A stretch of DNA of 64,000 bases from positions 22,196,001 to 22,260,000 of the forward strand of contig OX597833.1 in assembly GCA_951406725.2 (NCBI GenBank). The letters are read 5' to 3'. Shown one piece after another: positions 12,671 to 24,372 of this stretch; within the stretch, counting starts at the first letter, position 1, and the number at the start of each line of letters is the position of its first letter. This DNA comes from Octopus vulgaris (Eukaryota). A program made the translations under genes and the position numbers. The notes beneath the pieces are model-generated. The model was not told the DNA's origin and did no database searches. It saw only the letters and a list, made by a program, of their open reading frames with translations.

Positions 12671-12890
12671 CGTGTATGTTTGTGCATCTGTGTTTGTCCC
12701 CCTAGCATTGCTTGACAACCGATGCTGGTGCGTTTACGTCCCCGTTACTTAGCGGTTCGACAAAAGAGACCAATAGAATAAGTACTGAGCTTACAAAAGA
12801 ATAAATCCCGGGGTCAAGTTGCTCGATTAAAGGCGGTGCTCCAGCATGGCCGCAGTCAAATGACTGAAACAAGTAAAAGAGTGAAAGAGA
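12456..12890 (+). mobile_element. SINE family A, full length
   Basis: TAGGCGCAGGAGTG...GATTCAGTCCC...CACCTTGGGCAAGTG...(TA)n(TG)n...GACTGAAACAAGTAAAAGAG. Confidence 0.9.
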
Positions 12891-12940
12891 GTATATACTC
12901 ATACTTTGAAATCAGTTTTTCCTGTTTGCTTCAGAATACC

Positions 12941-13104
<164 letters not shown>

Positions 13105-13691
13105 CAAAGAAACCTTACAGTTATAGAACTTTGTCTCACAAACCAAAACTTATCACAGGAAAACGAATTTGATGTTATTTTGTTTAAAGAACACTTTAAG
13201 AGTGAAATAGCTTTTGAATGGCTGTTGTGTGAATCTGTTGGATCTAGCAGATTTTTCAGTGTTTTTTATTTTATCATTTTTATACAAAATAATTCATAAA
13301 ATACATTTTCCTTTGATAATCAGCTTTGTGTTGTGAAAGAGATTTATATCTGTAAGGATTCTTTAATAAATCTGCCTCTTGGATTTCAATCTAGATGATA
13401 ATTCTAATATTCTGAAAATTCATGTATTGAGTACCTTGATAAATTGTTAATCTCCTGATTGTACATAAACACACACAGATAGTTAGGTAGGTAGGTAGGT
13501 AGACACAGACAGACAGACAGACAACAGATAAAAAGATAGACAGACAGACAGACAAACATAGAAAGGCAGACAAACAGATAGACAGACAGACAGAGTGATA
13601 GAGTGATAGATAGATAGCTAGCTAGAAACAGACAAATATAGATAGACAGGTAGATAAATAGATAGATAGACAGATTGATGGATAGATAGAT

Positions 13692-14852
13692 AAGTTTCTT
13701 TATTAGCCACGCAGGGCCGAACACAGAAGGGACAAAATACAATTCTATTTTTGAAAATAGAAAAAAAAAAGAAAACAAAGGAGAAAAATAAAATTCCGAT
13801 CAAAAGGGATCATGAAAAAAAATGATCAAAAGGGATCGTGTATCATAGAAAATGTTAAAAATGTAAAAAGAAAGGATAGGTTTATCCAAGGGGAGGAAGG
13901 CCTGGGCAGGAATAGACACATGAGAGTACTCTCTCTCTCTCTTCTTTCAATTTACAGGATCATTCTCAAAGTGGTTTCGTCATTCACATGTACCATCTTT
14001 GCTACATTCACCCACCTTTTATTGAAACTTTCACGAGACAAAATTTGCCTCTCTATTCTTACCTTCCTTTTCAAGTGGTACTTGAAAAAGTTGAGCAATT
14101 GGCCAGAGAGGAAAGTGTTTGTCTCTAAACCTTTCGCTTGAGTTCACCACACATGTTCTTTCACCATGGCCACTAGTACAATGAAGACTGCTTTGCCTTC
14201 CCAGTTAAGGGATGGTGGCAGAGCAATTTTCATGATAGACTCGGCCGACAAGCAAACTCATCCCACATGTGACAGCAGCCGTTTGGCATAAGCCCACAGG
14301 TTTGAAATGGTTGGACACTGCACTAGTGCATGCAGATTGGTTTCGTCGCTCTGCCCGCATCTCAGGTAAGTCGGTCTGGTGTGTCCCAAACCATGCTTGT
14401 AGAGCTTATTCTGAATGGGTAATGCTTCTTGATAGCACTGTCAGGCCAAGGATCTCTGGTGAATGTCCATAGGTCCTGGCCTGAAAGTTGTCCTGAACAG
14501 GCAGGTCAGGTGTTCCTCATCAACGCCCAGAATTTGCCCAAGAATGTCGTTGCACCTCCCCTCCATTAATCCTCTATAGAACACCTACGTGGAATTGAAG
14601 TCACACAAGTTTGGTCCCAGATGGCAAAGTTGTTTGAGAGCAAGGCAGCACTCGTGGTGCCATTCACCTAGTCTCGGTCTCCGCTTGATCCATGACTACA
14701 GTTCAGCCAAAGAGATGAGCTGCGGGAAAGCACGCCACACAAACGGTGACCACACCTGTTCACCGTCGTCTATAAGGTGCCAGAGATGTTGCAGTCTCAG
14801 AGCATGTCTGCACATCATCAACCATGGCATGCCCAGCCCTCCATTTAGCGGA
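13692..14852 (-). mobile_element. Tx1/L1-clade LINE, 5'-truncated (ORF2 C-terminus plus 3' UTR), inside a (GATA/GACA)n tract
   Basis: Minus strand reads PLNGGLGMPWL...LRLQHLW, zf-RVT-like QSDETNLHALVQCP and FFKYHLKRKVRIERQILSRESFNKRW. The 3' end is ...GGCCCTGCGTGGCTAATAAAGAAA, and GATA repeats flank both sides. Confidence 0.85.
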
Positions 14853-15722
14853 GAAAGATAGATAGATGGATAAATAGCCAGATAGGTTACACAGATAGAC
14901 AGACATAGAGACAGAGACATTGGAAGACAGACACATTGAAAGACAGACAGACAAATAGATAGACAGACAGACAGATGAAGAGAAGGAGAGAAACGGATGT
15001 GTGATCATAATGTGAGTTTTGTCTCTCTTCCAGGAATAGTCTATCATGATCCACATTATCTAAAGAGTGCTGTTTTTAAATTAGTTGAGGGTGGTTCAGA
15101 GAGGTTTTGGCTGCTATTTCTACCAGATCAGACTATTTAGTTGTTCACCTCTCCTTGGCTTAAACCTAAGTACATGCAGACACTTGTATTTCTATGATGG
15201 GAGAGCGAGGAATAAGAGAGACAGAATGCAAAGAAAGGCAATATTTTCATCGGAAACAGTTTTTGTATTGGTAGCAAAGTGTGAAGAGAGAGAAAATGCA
15301 AAAGTTCTTTGATTCCTTGTTAGATATCAGATTATCTGAATCAATATGCATGTTCTATTAATGTCCTCTACATGATTTCTTCTACTTGCATGTAGGTCAT
15401 AACAACAACAACAACAACCAGCATAATAACAGCTACAACAACACTATATCGAAATAGAATGAAGACTTTTAACTAATCTTTAAACCTTTATTTCAAACGT
15501 ATATAACATAGACATTGATTTCTTTTGACTTGGCACAAGGCCAATTTCTGGAGAGAATTGGTGCACACAGTTGGATAGATATGCCCCAATTTGCATACAA
15601 ATGCATTCTTTGCAGATAATTCAATTAAAAATTACTGGTATGATAACGGCACTTTGCTTCAATGCAGTACTGTACTATAGGATATATCTATAGATTTTAG
15701 CCAACACTATATGTATTGATGC

Positions 15723-15800
15723 GGAGGCATATGGCCTAGTGGTTAGAGAAGTGGACTCGCGGTCGAGGGATCGCAGGTTCAAATCTCAGACTGGGCGATG
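15723..15800 (+). mobile_element. SINE family C tRNA-like head, fused to an inverted RTE 3' UTR fragment (15805-16165)
   Basis: GGAGGCATATGGCCTAGTGGTTAGAG (A box)...GGTTCAAATCTC (B box). Confidence 0.7.
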
Positions 15801-16573
15801 TGTGTGGCCATGATCAGATGGTGCTTTTTACATGCCACTGGCACGGGGGCCAGGCGAGGCTGGCATTGGCCACAACCGGATGGTGCTTTTTACGTGCCAC
15901 CGGCACGAGGCCAGTCAGGGCAGCGCTGGCAACGGCCACGTTCAGATGGTTCTCTTACGTACCACCGGCACTGGTATCACAGCTGTAATAATAATAATAA
16001 TAATACAGTTTTACAGCTGGATGCCCTTCCAAATGCCAACCACGTCACAGTGTGGAGTGGATGTTTTTAACATGGCACCAGCACTGGCTGGGTCACTAAG
16101 CAACTTGCAAGATAAGGAATTTTGAGAGGGGAGAGGGCACTGGAGGAGATGATCTTGTGTCAGATGTGTGTATGTAAATACAGTGCTTAAATAAAAAAAT
16201 TTTTTAAATGACTCAATGCATAATTATGAAATGCATGTATTTATATATTTATATATAATTAAGTACCTTAAGTACTTTATAATTGTACACGTTTTTCAAT
16301 ACCTCCGTATTATATACACCCTTAAAACAAATACAGATACATAAATGAATGTAGTGCTGCAGCAAGGCCACAGTCTAATAAATGAAACTAATAAAAGAAT
16401 ATGAAAATCCAGTTCACAGGCACACACACACACACACACAGAAGTGCAATAGCCAAATGGATGCATTGAATTGTTACTAGCAAGTCCAAGCAGTTCTTGT
16501 GTTCAAACCAATTACAAGATTTCATGATGCATCTAAGCTATATACTTAGTTCTATATTCCTCTCTTCACTTTA

Positions 16574-16793
16574 CTCTTTAGCATTCAGATTACTCAGTCA
16601 GACATAATGCTTATTTATTTACATTGCTTTGCATTAATCATGCGTTATCTCATAGCATCAAGATTTTGTTGATGTAATTGTTTACTTTTAGTGTGTCATT
16701 GTAAGGTAGGCTTAAGAGACTGGATCTGGTCAGTTTGAACATAAAACAAGTACAATATCTGGGCCAGATGTAGCTGGTTAAAATACTAAATGA
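16574..16793. mobile_element. piggyBac-type MITE, decayed copy
   Basis: Aligns along its length with 23830-24055, with degenerate TIRs. Confidence 0.7.
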
Positions 16794-17125
16794 TTAATGC
16801 TACTTCAGAACATATACCATATCACATAAGAGATTTGTCACAAAGAGAAAGGAAGAGTTAGAAAGCCCCATTCTAGAGGCTAGAGTCATAGTTACAGAAG
16901 TGATGGATTCGATATCACTTAATCTACTTAATGCCATGAAATAAGAGCTAAAGACTGGGTCTTAAAAGACACTTGGCTCTGTGGTAAGAAGTTTGCTTCT
17001 CAACCACATGATTCTGGGTTCAGTCCCACTGCATGGCATTTTGGGCAAATGCTTTCTACTACAGCCCTGGGCCAACCAAAGCCTTGTGAGTGGATTTGGT
17101 AGACAGAGATTGAAAGAAGCCCATC

Positions 17126-17181
<56 letters not shown>

Positions 17182-17308
17182 TTATATAATAAGGATAAGA
17201 TCATTATTTAAAATACTAATCTTATCAGGTGGCCGGCATGGGAATAAAAACCTCAAAGGTAATAATTACTATTAAAATTATAATTAAGGGTATCTAAGAG
17301 ATACTACC

Positions 17309-17371
17309 ATGCTTGAAATAGCAGCCAAAACTTGATGTGGTTTTAGAGTCAAGTTTTGGCTGCTATTTCAA

Positions 17372-17375
<4 letters not shown>
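17309..17375. repeat. Perfect 27-bp-arm hairpin
   Basis: ATGCTTGAAATAGCAGCCAAAACTTGA, 13-nt loop, TCAAGTTTTGGCTGCTATTTCAAGCAT. Confidence 0.92.
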
Positions 17376-17414
<39 letters not shown>

Positions 17415-17424
<10 letters not shown>

Positions 17425-17657
17425 TAAATTAGAGACAAAATCACTATTATGCAAATCAAACAAAGAAAGACTTAAGCCAATACATAAATTAATTTATATT
17501 ATTTAGAAATGTAACAATTATTAATTATTAATATTATAATAATATTATTAATAATTGTTACATTTCTAAATAATATAAATTAATTTATGTATTGGCTTAA
17601 GTCTTTCTTTGTTTGATTTGCATAATAGTGGTTTTGTCTCTAATTTAATATAATATA
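17415..17657. repeat. Long near-perfect AT-rich palindrome (~110-bp arms), probably an inverted PLE-type remnant
   Basis: 17415-17525 is the reverse complement of 17548-17657 with about one mismatch. The right arm continues unpaired to ~17740. Confidence 0.88.
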
Positions 17658-17769
17658 ATATTTTACTATAAAATTGGATTCAATCCTAAATCTGATTTTT
17701 CCCTGTAAGTTTGGATTTATTCCCTAATATTTATTATTATATATATATATATATATTGTTATATTTCGG

Positions 17770-18294
17770 AATGGCCCTTATCTGGTGGTCAATGCAGAAA
17801 CTGGGGATAGGCAAGTGGTTGTAAGAGCTGTATAAGCCCTGTACAGGGATGCTGTCGGTAAGATGAGGGTTGGCAACAAGTATACTGAAGAATTCTGAGC
17901 AGAAGTAGGAGTTCACCAAGGATCAGTACTCAGCCCCAACTTATTCATTATAGACCTCCAGGCAATAACAGAGGAATTCAAGACAGGCTGCCCCTGGGAG
18001 ATCATCTATGATGATGACATTGCTCTAATAGCCGAGTCACTTTCAGAACTAGAGACGAAGTTTAGGGTGTGGAAGCAAGGTCTTGAATTGAAGGGCCTTA
18101 GGGCTAACCTAACAAAATTCACAGTTTTAGTAAGTATGAAAGCTGTCAAATCACAAACCCTTTCAGGTAGACGGCCCTGCTCGATCTGTAGAGAAGGCGT
18201 GGGTAGAAACTCCATACGATGTACCTGGTGTAAGCTATGGACACATAACAGGAGCAGTAATATCAAAGGAAGGTTAACCAGGAAGATAGTTGTG
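17770..18294 (+). pseudogene. RTE LINE reverse transcriptase fragment with PHD-like Cys/His cluster
   Basis: EVGVHQGSVLSPNLF and PWEIIYDDDIAL (YADD-like), followed by CSICREGVGRNSIRCTWCKLWTH. Confidence 0.9.
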
Positions 18295-19072
18295 TGTCAT
18301 CGCAAAAGTCAGCAAACTGGGTCAATGGGTTTCTCATAAACTTTCCAAGTTTAATCGCGTGCAGAGAGTGAATGTGTGCTCTTCTTTGCTGTCACGTCTC
18401 ACAAATAAATTTTTTTGGACCAAATAGTGACGAGAAATGTGTTCTCCATAAAAATATCAAGCGCTGAAGACAGTGGGTAGGGAAAGGAGAAACACTGGCA
18501 CCCAAAGCTAAAGGTCTTCACCCACGTAAGGTATTGTTATCTGTTTGGTAGGATATGAAAGGTTTAGTCCACTTTGAACTTTTAAACCTAAACCAAACGA
18601 TAACAAAGGAGAACTACTGCAGGCAGCCTGAATAGCTCAAGTCAGCGCTAGAAGAAAAATGACCATCTTTGGTTTCAAGACGGTGTTCTTCCATCAGGAT
18701 AATGCTCGGCCACATACAGCAAGGATGACATTCCAAAAGCTTGAACAATTTGAATGAGAAATGATGCCCCACCCACCATGTTTGCCAGACATTTCCCCAT
18801 CTGGTTATCATTTATTCAGCAGTCTTCAAAATCATTTGGACAGAAAAAATAGGAATTCTGTAGATGAGGTCAGGACAGTACTGGAGGAGTATTTTTCTAT
18901 CACAGACAAGTGAATTTTGAAAGAGGGACCTTGCAAGTCTACCAGATAGATGGAGGAGCATTGTAGAAAATGAAGTAGAGTATACTTTAGATTAAAAAAA
19001 AGACTTTGTTTATCCTAATTCTGAAAAATAAAAGAAGTATTAAAAAATCATATTATTTATGGGAGGACCTAA
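18295..19072 (+). mobile_element. Mariner subfamily 2, 3' half only
   Basis: Colinear with 59506-60291: WVSHKL, FHQDNARPH and the right TIR ...TTATTTATGGGAGGACCTAA|TA. Confidence 0.9.
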
Positions 19073-20061
19073 TATATATATATATGTGCACACACACACA
19101 CAAAGTTAGTGGGCAAATGAAAGAAAGAGGCACACAACACATTTAGTAGGAGTTACATAAATTAGTATTTAAAACAGTTTGCTTTGGCTCCATGTAACTT
19201 AAAGTTTCATAGGCTTGTCACAGGACGCTAGTTCATTGGGTTCAGTCAGCTGAATACACAGATGGAGGAAGTCCAAGATGGCAACTAAAAACTGACCTGC
19301 TATTGGTCAAGGTGGATCACATGGTGTTGTTGAAAATTGTATTGATATATCAGTGACATCAAATACATAAAAATAAAGATCCCAATTTGAATTTCTTGAA
19401 GTGTGTGACTGGAGAAGAATTTGGTGGTGCCTTGTTGTCTGGATAGAATTTGGTGGAACTTAAGCAACATTGATCATTGATGACTGGCAAGGGTGTATAT
19501 GTATGAGTGTGAATTTGTGGGTATGCATGTATAGCAAGATCCACTATTCCAAAAAGAAGAATTAAAATTAATTATGTATTTTATAATGATTGTAGGGTTC
19601 ATAAGATTTGCACTTAAATTATGGAAATTGCCATACAGCAGAAAAATGTAAATTTTAAATATCATTGAGATCTTTTGCTTTCTTTTCTTTCAAATACATA
19701 CACACACATATTCATATATGTTTATTTAATATACTAGCAGAAACACCTTTCTCTTTCTTCAACAACATTCAACAAATATGAAAGGATTCTGGAATCAACA
19801 TAATTTAGCAGATACTAGATTAAACTTTTAATTTGGAAAAATTATTTTACTGATATGACTAGAAAGCAATGTCATGGAATGCAAGAGAGAGAGAGAAAGA
19901 GAAGACAAAGATGAATGCTATCTTATGGGGTTAAAAAATTCTATCCAGCAGAGAACTAAAGTAAGTTTACTGTTGCTGAACTCTTTGATAACAAAGTTTC
20001 CTTAAAACCACATTTTGATAAAAAAAAAATATATTAAAACTAGAATTTTAAAGAATTTTCT

Positions 20062-20187
20062 AGGGTTTAGTCCCACTGCGTGGCACCTTGGGAAAGTGTC
20101 TTCTACTATAGCCTTGGGCCAACCAAAGCCTTGTGAGTGGATTTGGTAGACAGAAACTGAAAGAAGCCTGTCGGATATATGTATATG

Positions 20188-20218
<31 letters not shown>

Positions 20219-20410
20219 TTGTCCCCCCCCCCCCCAACATTGCTTGACAACCGATGCTGGTGTGTTTACATCTCCGTAACTTAAGAGACCGATAGAATAA
20301 GTACTGGGCTTACAAAGAATAAGTCCTGGGGTCAATGTGCTCAACTAAAGCCGGTGCTCCAGCATGGCCACAGTCAAATGACTGAAACAAGTAAAAGAGT
20401 AAAAGAGAGT
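20062..20410 (+). mobile_element. SINE family A, 5'-truncated
   Basis: Family A body and tail motifs. Confidence 0.85.
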
Positions 20411-20966
20411 AGGGCAATGTAGACTTTAATAATTGCTTTCTTTTAGCAAAGTTTCCATACCCCAAATGAATTAATAAGCAGCTTTATTATAGCACAGAAT
20501 GCTCATGATTTCAGATACACATTTATTAAAAAAACACACTATCGCTAGGGCTGTGGTTAACTGATGCTATCCATCAGGCTTATTCAATGTAAAAGATATT
20601 GCACCAACAAATCTTTATTTACATCTTTTAAGAAGATTTACTCTTCACAACTTTGGTAGCTGAAAAGTATGGCCTTGATGAATCTTTAAAAGGTAAAACC
20701 TATTAGTTGATGCCTCAACTCTCGGCTATGAAGGATTTTGTGGCTTGTTGTATTTAGTCTTGCTGTGAGAATAAATTGTCATGTTTATTAAACATATATA
20801 AGATTTCGTTTATGCATTTACTGAAGAAAACATTGCTGTGTTGGTTGCTTTTGTTAAATTAACTTATTGAGTGCTGTTATTACTATTTGTGAAACCACTT
20901 ACATATAATATACTTACATAAACATATAAATGTGGACAATATATACATATACATACATATAACTTT

Positions 20967-21037
<71 letters not shown>

Positions 21038-21708
21038 ATCTTTCTTTTCCTTCAGGGCTGTCATAAAGACTGCACAAACCTATCTGTCTCTCTCTCTTCT
21101 ATCTTTTCTCTATTCAAAGACAATATTTCTCCAGCATTCACTATTTTACCTTCGTCTTGTCTAACAACCCTCCATGTTTGTTTTCGTTTGGTTTCCTCGT
21201 ATGTCTCCACTGTCCTGTTTTTCTTACCAACTTTGACCCTCCATAAATCCCAAATTTTATTTTGGCTTTTGTGGGAGCAACTGCCTTTGAACACTCATAT
21301 TGTCGTTCAATGCTCGAAATGAGGAGTAGATGGACAGCCGAGAACTGATGAAGGGTTGTTCTTTATGTTACTTGTCCTGTTTTCCATTTGTTTCACTCCT
21401 TGTTTGCATACTCAACTCCTTTGTTTTCCTATTTCATGTTGTTTACAGTTTGTGATGATGTCCTGTACCCATATATGCATATATATGTTTATGTGCATAT
21501 ACATACATACATATATATATATATAGTTAAAGGGCAGTGTGAGCTGAAAACAGCCCAGTAAAGGAGGTCAAAAAGCAACACGCATGTACACAACTTACAT
21601 GACAAAAATATACATGACAAAAAATATACATACATACATGTATATATTATATGCAGATTATATACATATATTACATTGGAAAACAGATATTAAATGATGA
21701 TGATGATG

Positions 21709-21763
<55 letters not shown>

Positions 21764-21854
21764 CACACACACACACGTGTATGTATGTGTGTTATATACA
21801 TACGTGTATATTATAAATATATTTTGTGTGTGTGTGTGTGTGTGTAGCATATAT

Positions 21855-22077
21855 TCTTTTATTCTTTTACTTGTTTCAGTTATTTGACTGCAGCCATGCT
21901 GGAGCACTGCCTTTAGTCGAACAAATCAACCCCAGGATTTATTCTTTGTAAGCCTAGTACTTATTCTATTGGTCTCTTTTGCCGAACCACTAAGTTATGG
22001 GGATGTAAACACACCAGAATCGGTTGTCAAGTGATGGTGGAGGGACAAGCACAGAAATACATACATACACACACACG

Positions 22078-22108
<31 letters not shown>

Positions 22109-22541
22109 GATGGATTTCTTTCAGTTTCCATCTACCAAATCCACTCAGTACCCTGGATCCAGTACCCCGATCCCCAAAGTACCCGGACCTCGTTGCCCCC
22201 GTGGTGACACGTTAAAAATGCTCGAACCGATCGTGACGCCAATCCATCACGGAGTGGTTGGCGTTAGGAAGGGCATCCAGCCGTAGAAACTCTGCAGATT
22301 CAGACTGGAGCCTGGAGCGGCCCTGGCTTCCAGACCCGGTCAAACGTCCAACCCGTGCTAGCGCGGAAAGCGGACGTAACAGATGATGATGATGATGGAT
22401 TTCTTTCAGTTTCCATCTACCAAATCCACTCATAAGGCTTTGGTCAGCCTGAGGCTATAGTAGAAAATATTCGCTGTGGAACTGAACCCGGAACCATGTG
22501 ATTGGTAAACAAGCTACATACCACACAGCCATTCCTACACC
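21855..22541 (-). mobile_element. SINE family A host copy carrying a nested insertion
   Basis: Tail 21855-22060 and head 22392-22541. Confidence 0.85.
22148..22391 (+). mobile_element. Young 5'-truncated RTE 3' end with 41-bp TSD
   Basis: CpG-intact RTE tail ending in (GAT)n. Identical direct repeat at 22107-22147 and 22392-22432. Confidence 0.9.
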
Positions 22542-23354
22542 TAGATATATAATATAAATACACACATCCAAACAATCAGATCTATAAATTTTGCATATAA
22601 TTATGAATAAGTCGACATAAATATAAGTCTGACACACACATACACACACTTCTTACATGTATATACAGTGATAAAATTTGACGTAAAGGTTTTTTTTTCC
22701 TTCTATTTAAGTGTCATTTGACACTTTAGCTCAACATAGCCATTATCAACACGTAATCGAGAGATCTGGAAAAAGTTAGAAAACAACAACAACAACAATT
22801 CTACTACTACTATTAATAATAATAATAATAATTTCTCAAAGCTTCACACACTGACAGGTTGCTTGATTACATAAATTTGCATGGCTTCCTCTTAAACAAA
22901 ATTCTAAGGAGAAACTTTTAAAAACAGCTAAGGTTGAAGACAGTGTGGCACATGCAAGCGTGCCAGCTTGCTGTCGCTGGTGAAGTATTTTATAATGAAA
23001 TTAAAAGTGTTCACGCATTCCTACACCTGAAATTTCATCAGTTGTCATTTTTCGTCAAATTTCTTTCGATGGCGGTGGCAGTGGTGGTGGTGGTGGTGGT
23101 AGTGGTGGTGGGGCAATGGGGAGGGCCTGGAGGTGGGGGTGAAGCTTGTTGTTATCATGCTTCATTGTGACTCGAGTGATAGTCATATATATGTAACACA
23201 CACACGTATGCGCATAAACATGCAGATACATTTGTACATGTTAATACATACAGTAGTATATGTATGATCATACACATACACATTTATATACACAGTTACA
23301 CATTAAAATAGTTACACAATTTGATAGATACACACAAATACATACATACAGATT

Positions 23355-23388
<34 letters not shown>

Positions 23389-23530
23389 TCCCTACATATA
23401 CCAATAGAAACATGAATACGTACATATACACACTCGCATACATAACTACATTCACATACATTCATATACATAACAATATATATATACCCACAAATACATA
23501 CATATCCACACTCAAATTTTTATATATATT

Positions 23531-23582
<52 letters not shown>

Positions 23583-23829
23583 TGAATGTGTGTGTGTGTG
23601 TGTGCGCGCGTACATGCATGTATGTATGCATGTATGTATGTATGTAAGTATGTTGCAGGTTATAGCTTTGCATCTGGTGGTTTTGAATAGGTGCATATCT
23701 TTCCAAGAAGAAAGTTAAAGGTCATGTGACTTTTTCTGATACTTTCTGTTAAAAGATAGGCTTGGCTTGCAACAATTAAGTGTGAATCTACATTCTCAGA
23801 TCAAATGGAGATTGTCAACGTGTTTTTAA

Positions 23830-24055
23830 CCTTTTAGCATACAGATTACTCTGTCAAATGTAAAACTTATTTATTCACATTATTTTTAATTAATCTTGTG
23901 TTATCTTGTAGCTTCAAGATTTCAATGATGCAATTGTTGATTGTTTTTTTAAGAATGACATTGTAAGATAGGTGTGAGAAGCCAGATCTGGTCAGTTTAA
24001 ACATAAAACAAGTAAAATATATGGTCCAGACATGGCCGGTTTAAATGCTAAAGGG
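23830..24055. mobile_element. piggyBac-type MITE (226 bp)
   Basis: TTAA|CCTTTTAGCAT...ATGCTAAAGGG|TTAA: short TIRs with TTAA TSD. Confidence 0.85.
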
Positions 24056-24199
24056 TTAAAGTGTAATTTTATTAAATATAGGTCTTAAACTATGACAGGT
24101 GTATCAATCTCTCTAACCTTCACACCTGTGAGCTCTATGCATCTCTTATCTCTTGTATTGGTAGACTCCTATCAAATCATGCTACTATGGTATGATTTG

Positions 24200-24372
24200 T
24201 GCCATGATAGTGCTCTTTCTACCCCATTCTCAATCAACTTTGGTGTTCGCCAGAGTTCTGTTCTATCCCCTACTCTCTTCTGCTTATACATCAGTGACCT
24301 ACTTGTCACCATATCATACAATACCCAATGGTCACACATATGCAGATGACATGACACTTCATTCCTCCCTAA
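24200..24372 (+). pseudogene. LINE reverse transcriptase fragment (CR1/Jockey-like)
   Basis: FSINFGVRQSSVLSPTLFCLYISDLL and, after a frameshift, HTYADDMTLHSS. Confidence 0.8.

Noticed and set aside
15723-15797. Possible tRNA gene (also 51636-51708 and 30585-30660)
   Set aside because: A and B boxes are present but acceptor stems do not pair properly, and each continues into repeat body sequence, so these are SINE heads.
20670-20715. TTGATGA-ATCTT..AAGGT-AAAA hammerhead-like string
   Set aside because: Two core mismatches without compensation and a weak stem I.
21300-21400. CTGATGAAGGG and GCTCGAAA as a hammerhead
   Set aside because: I could not build stems I-III in any topology. Probably a decayed PLE-like repeat, but unsupported.
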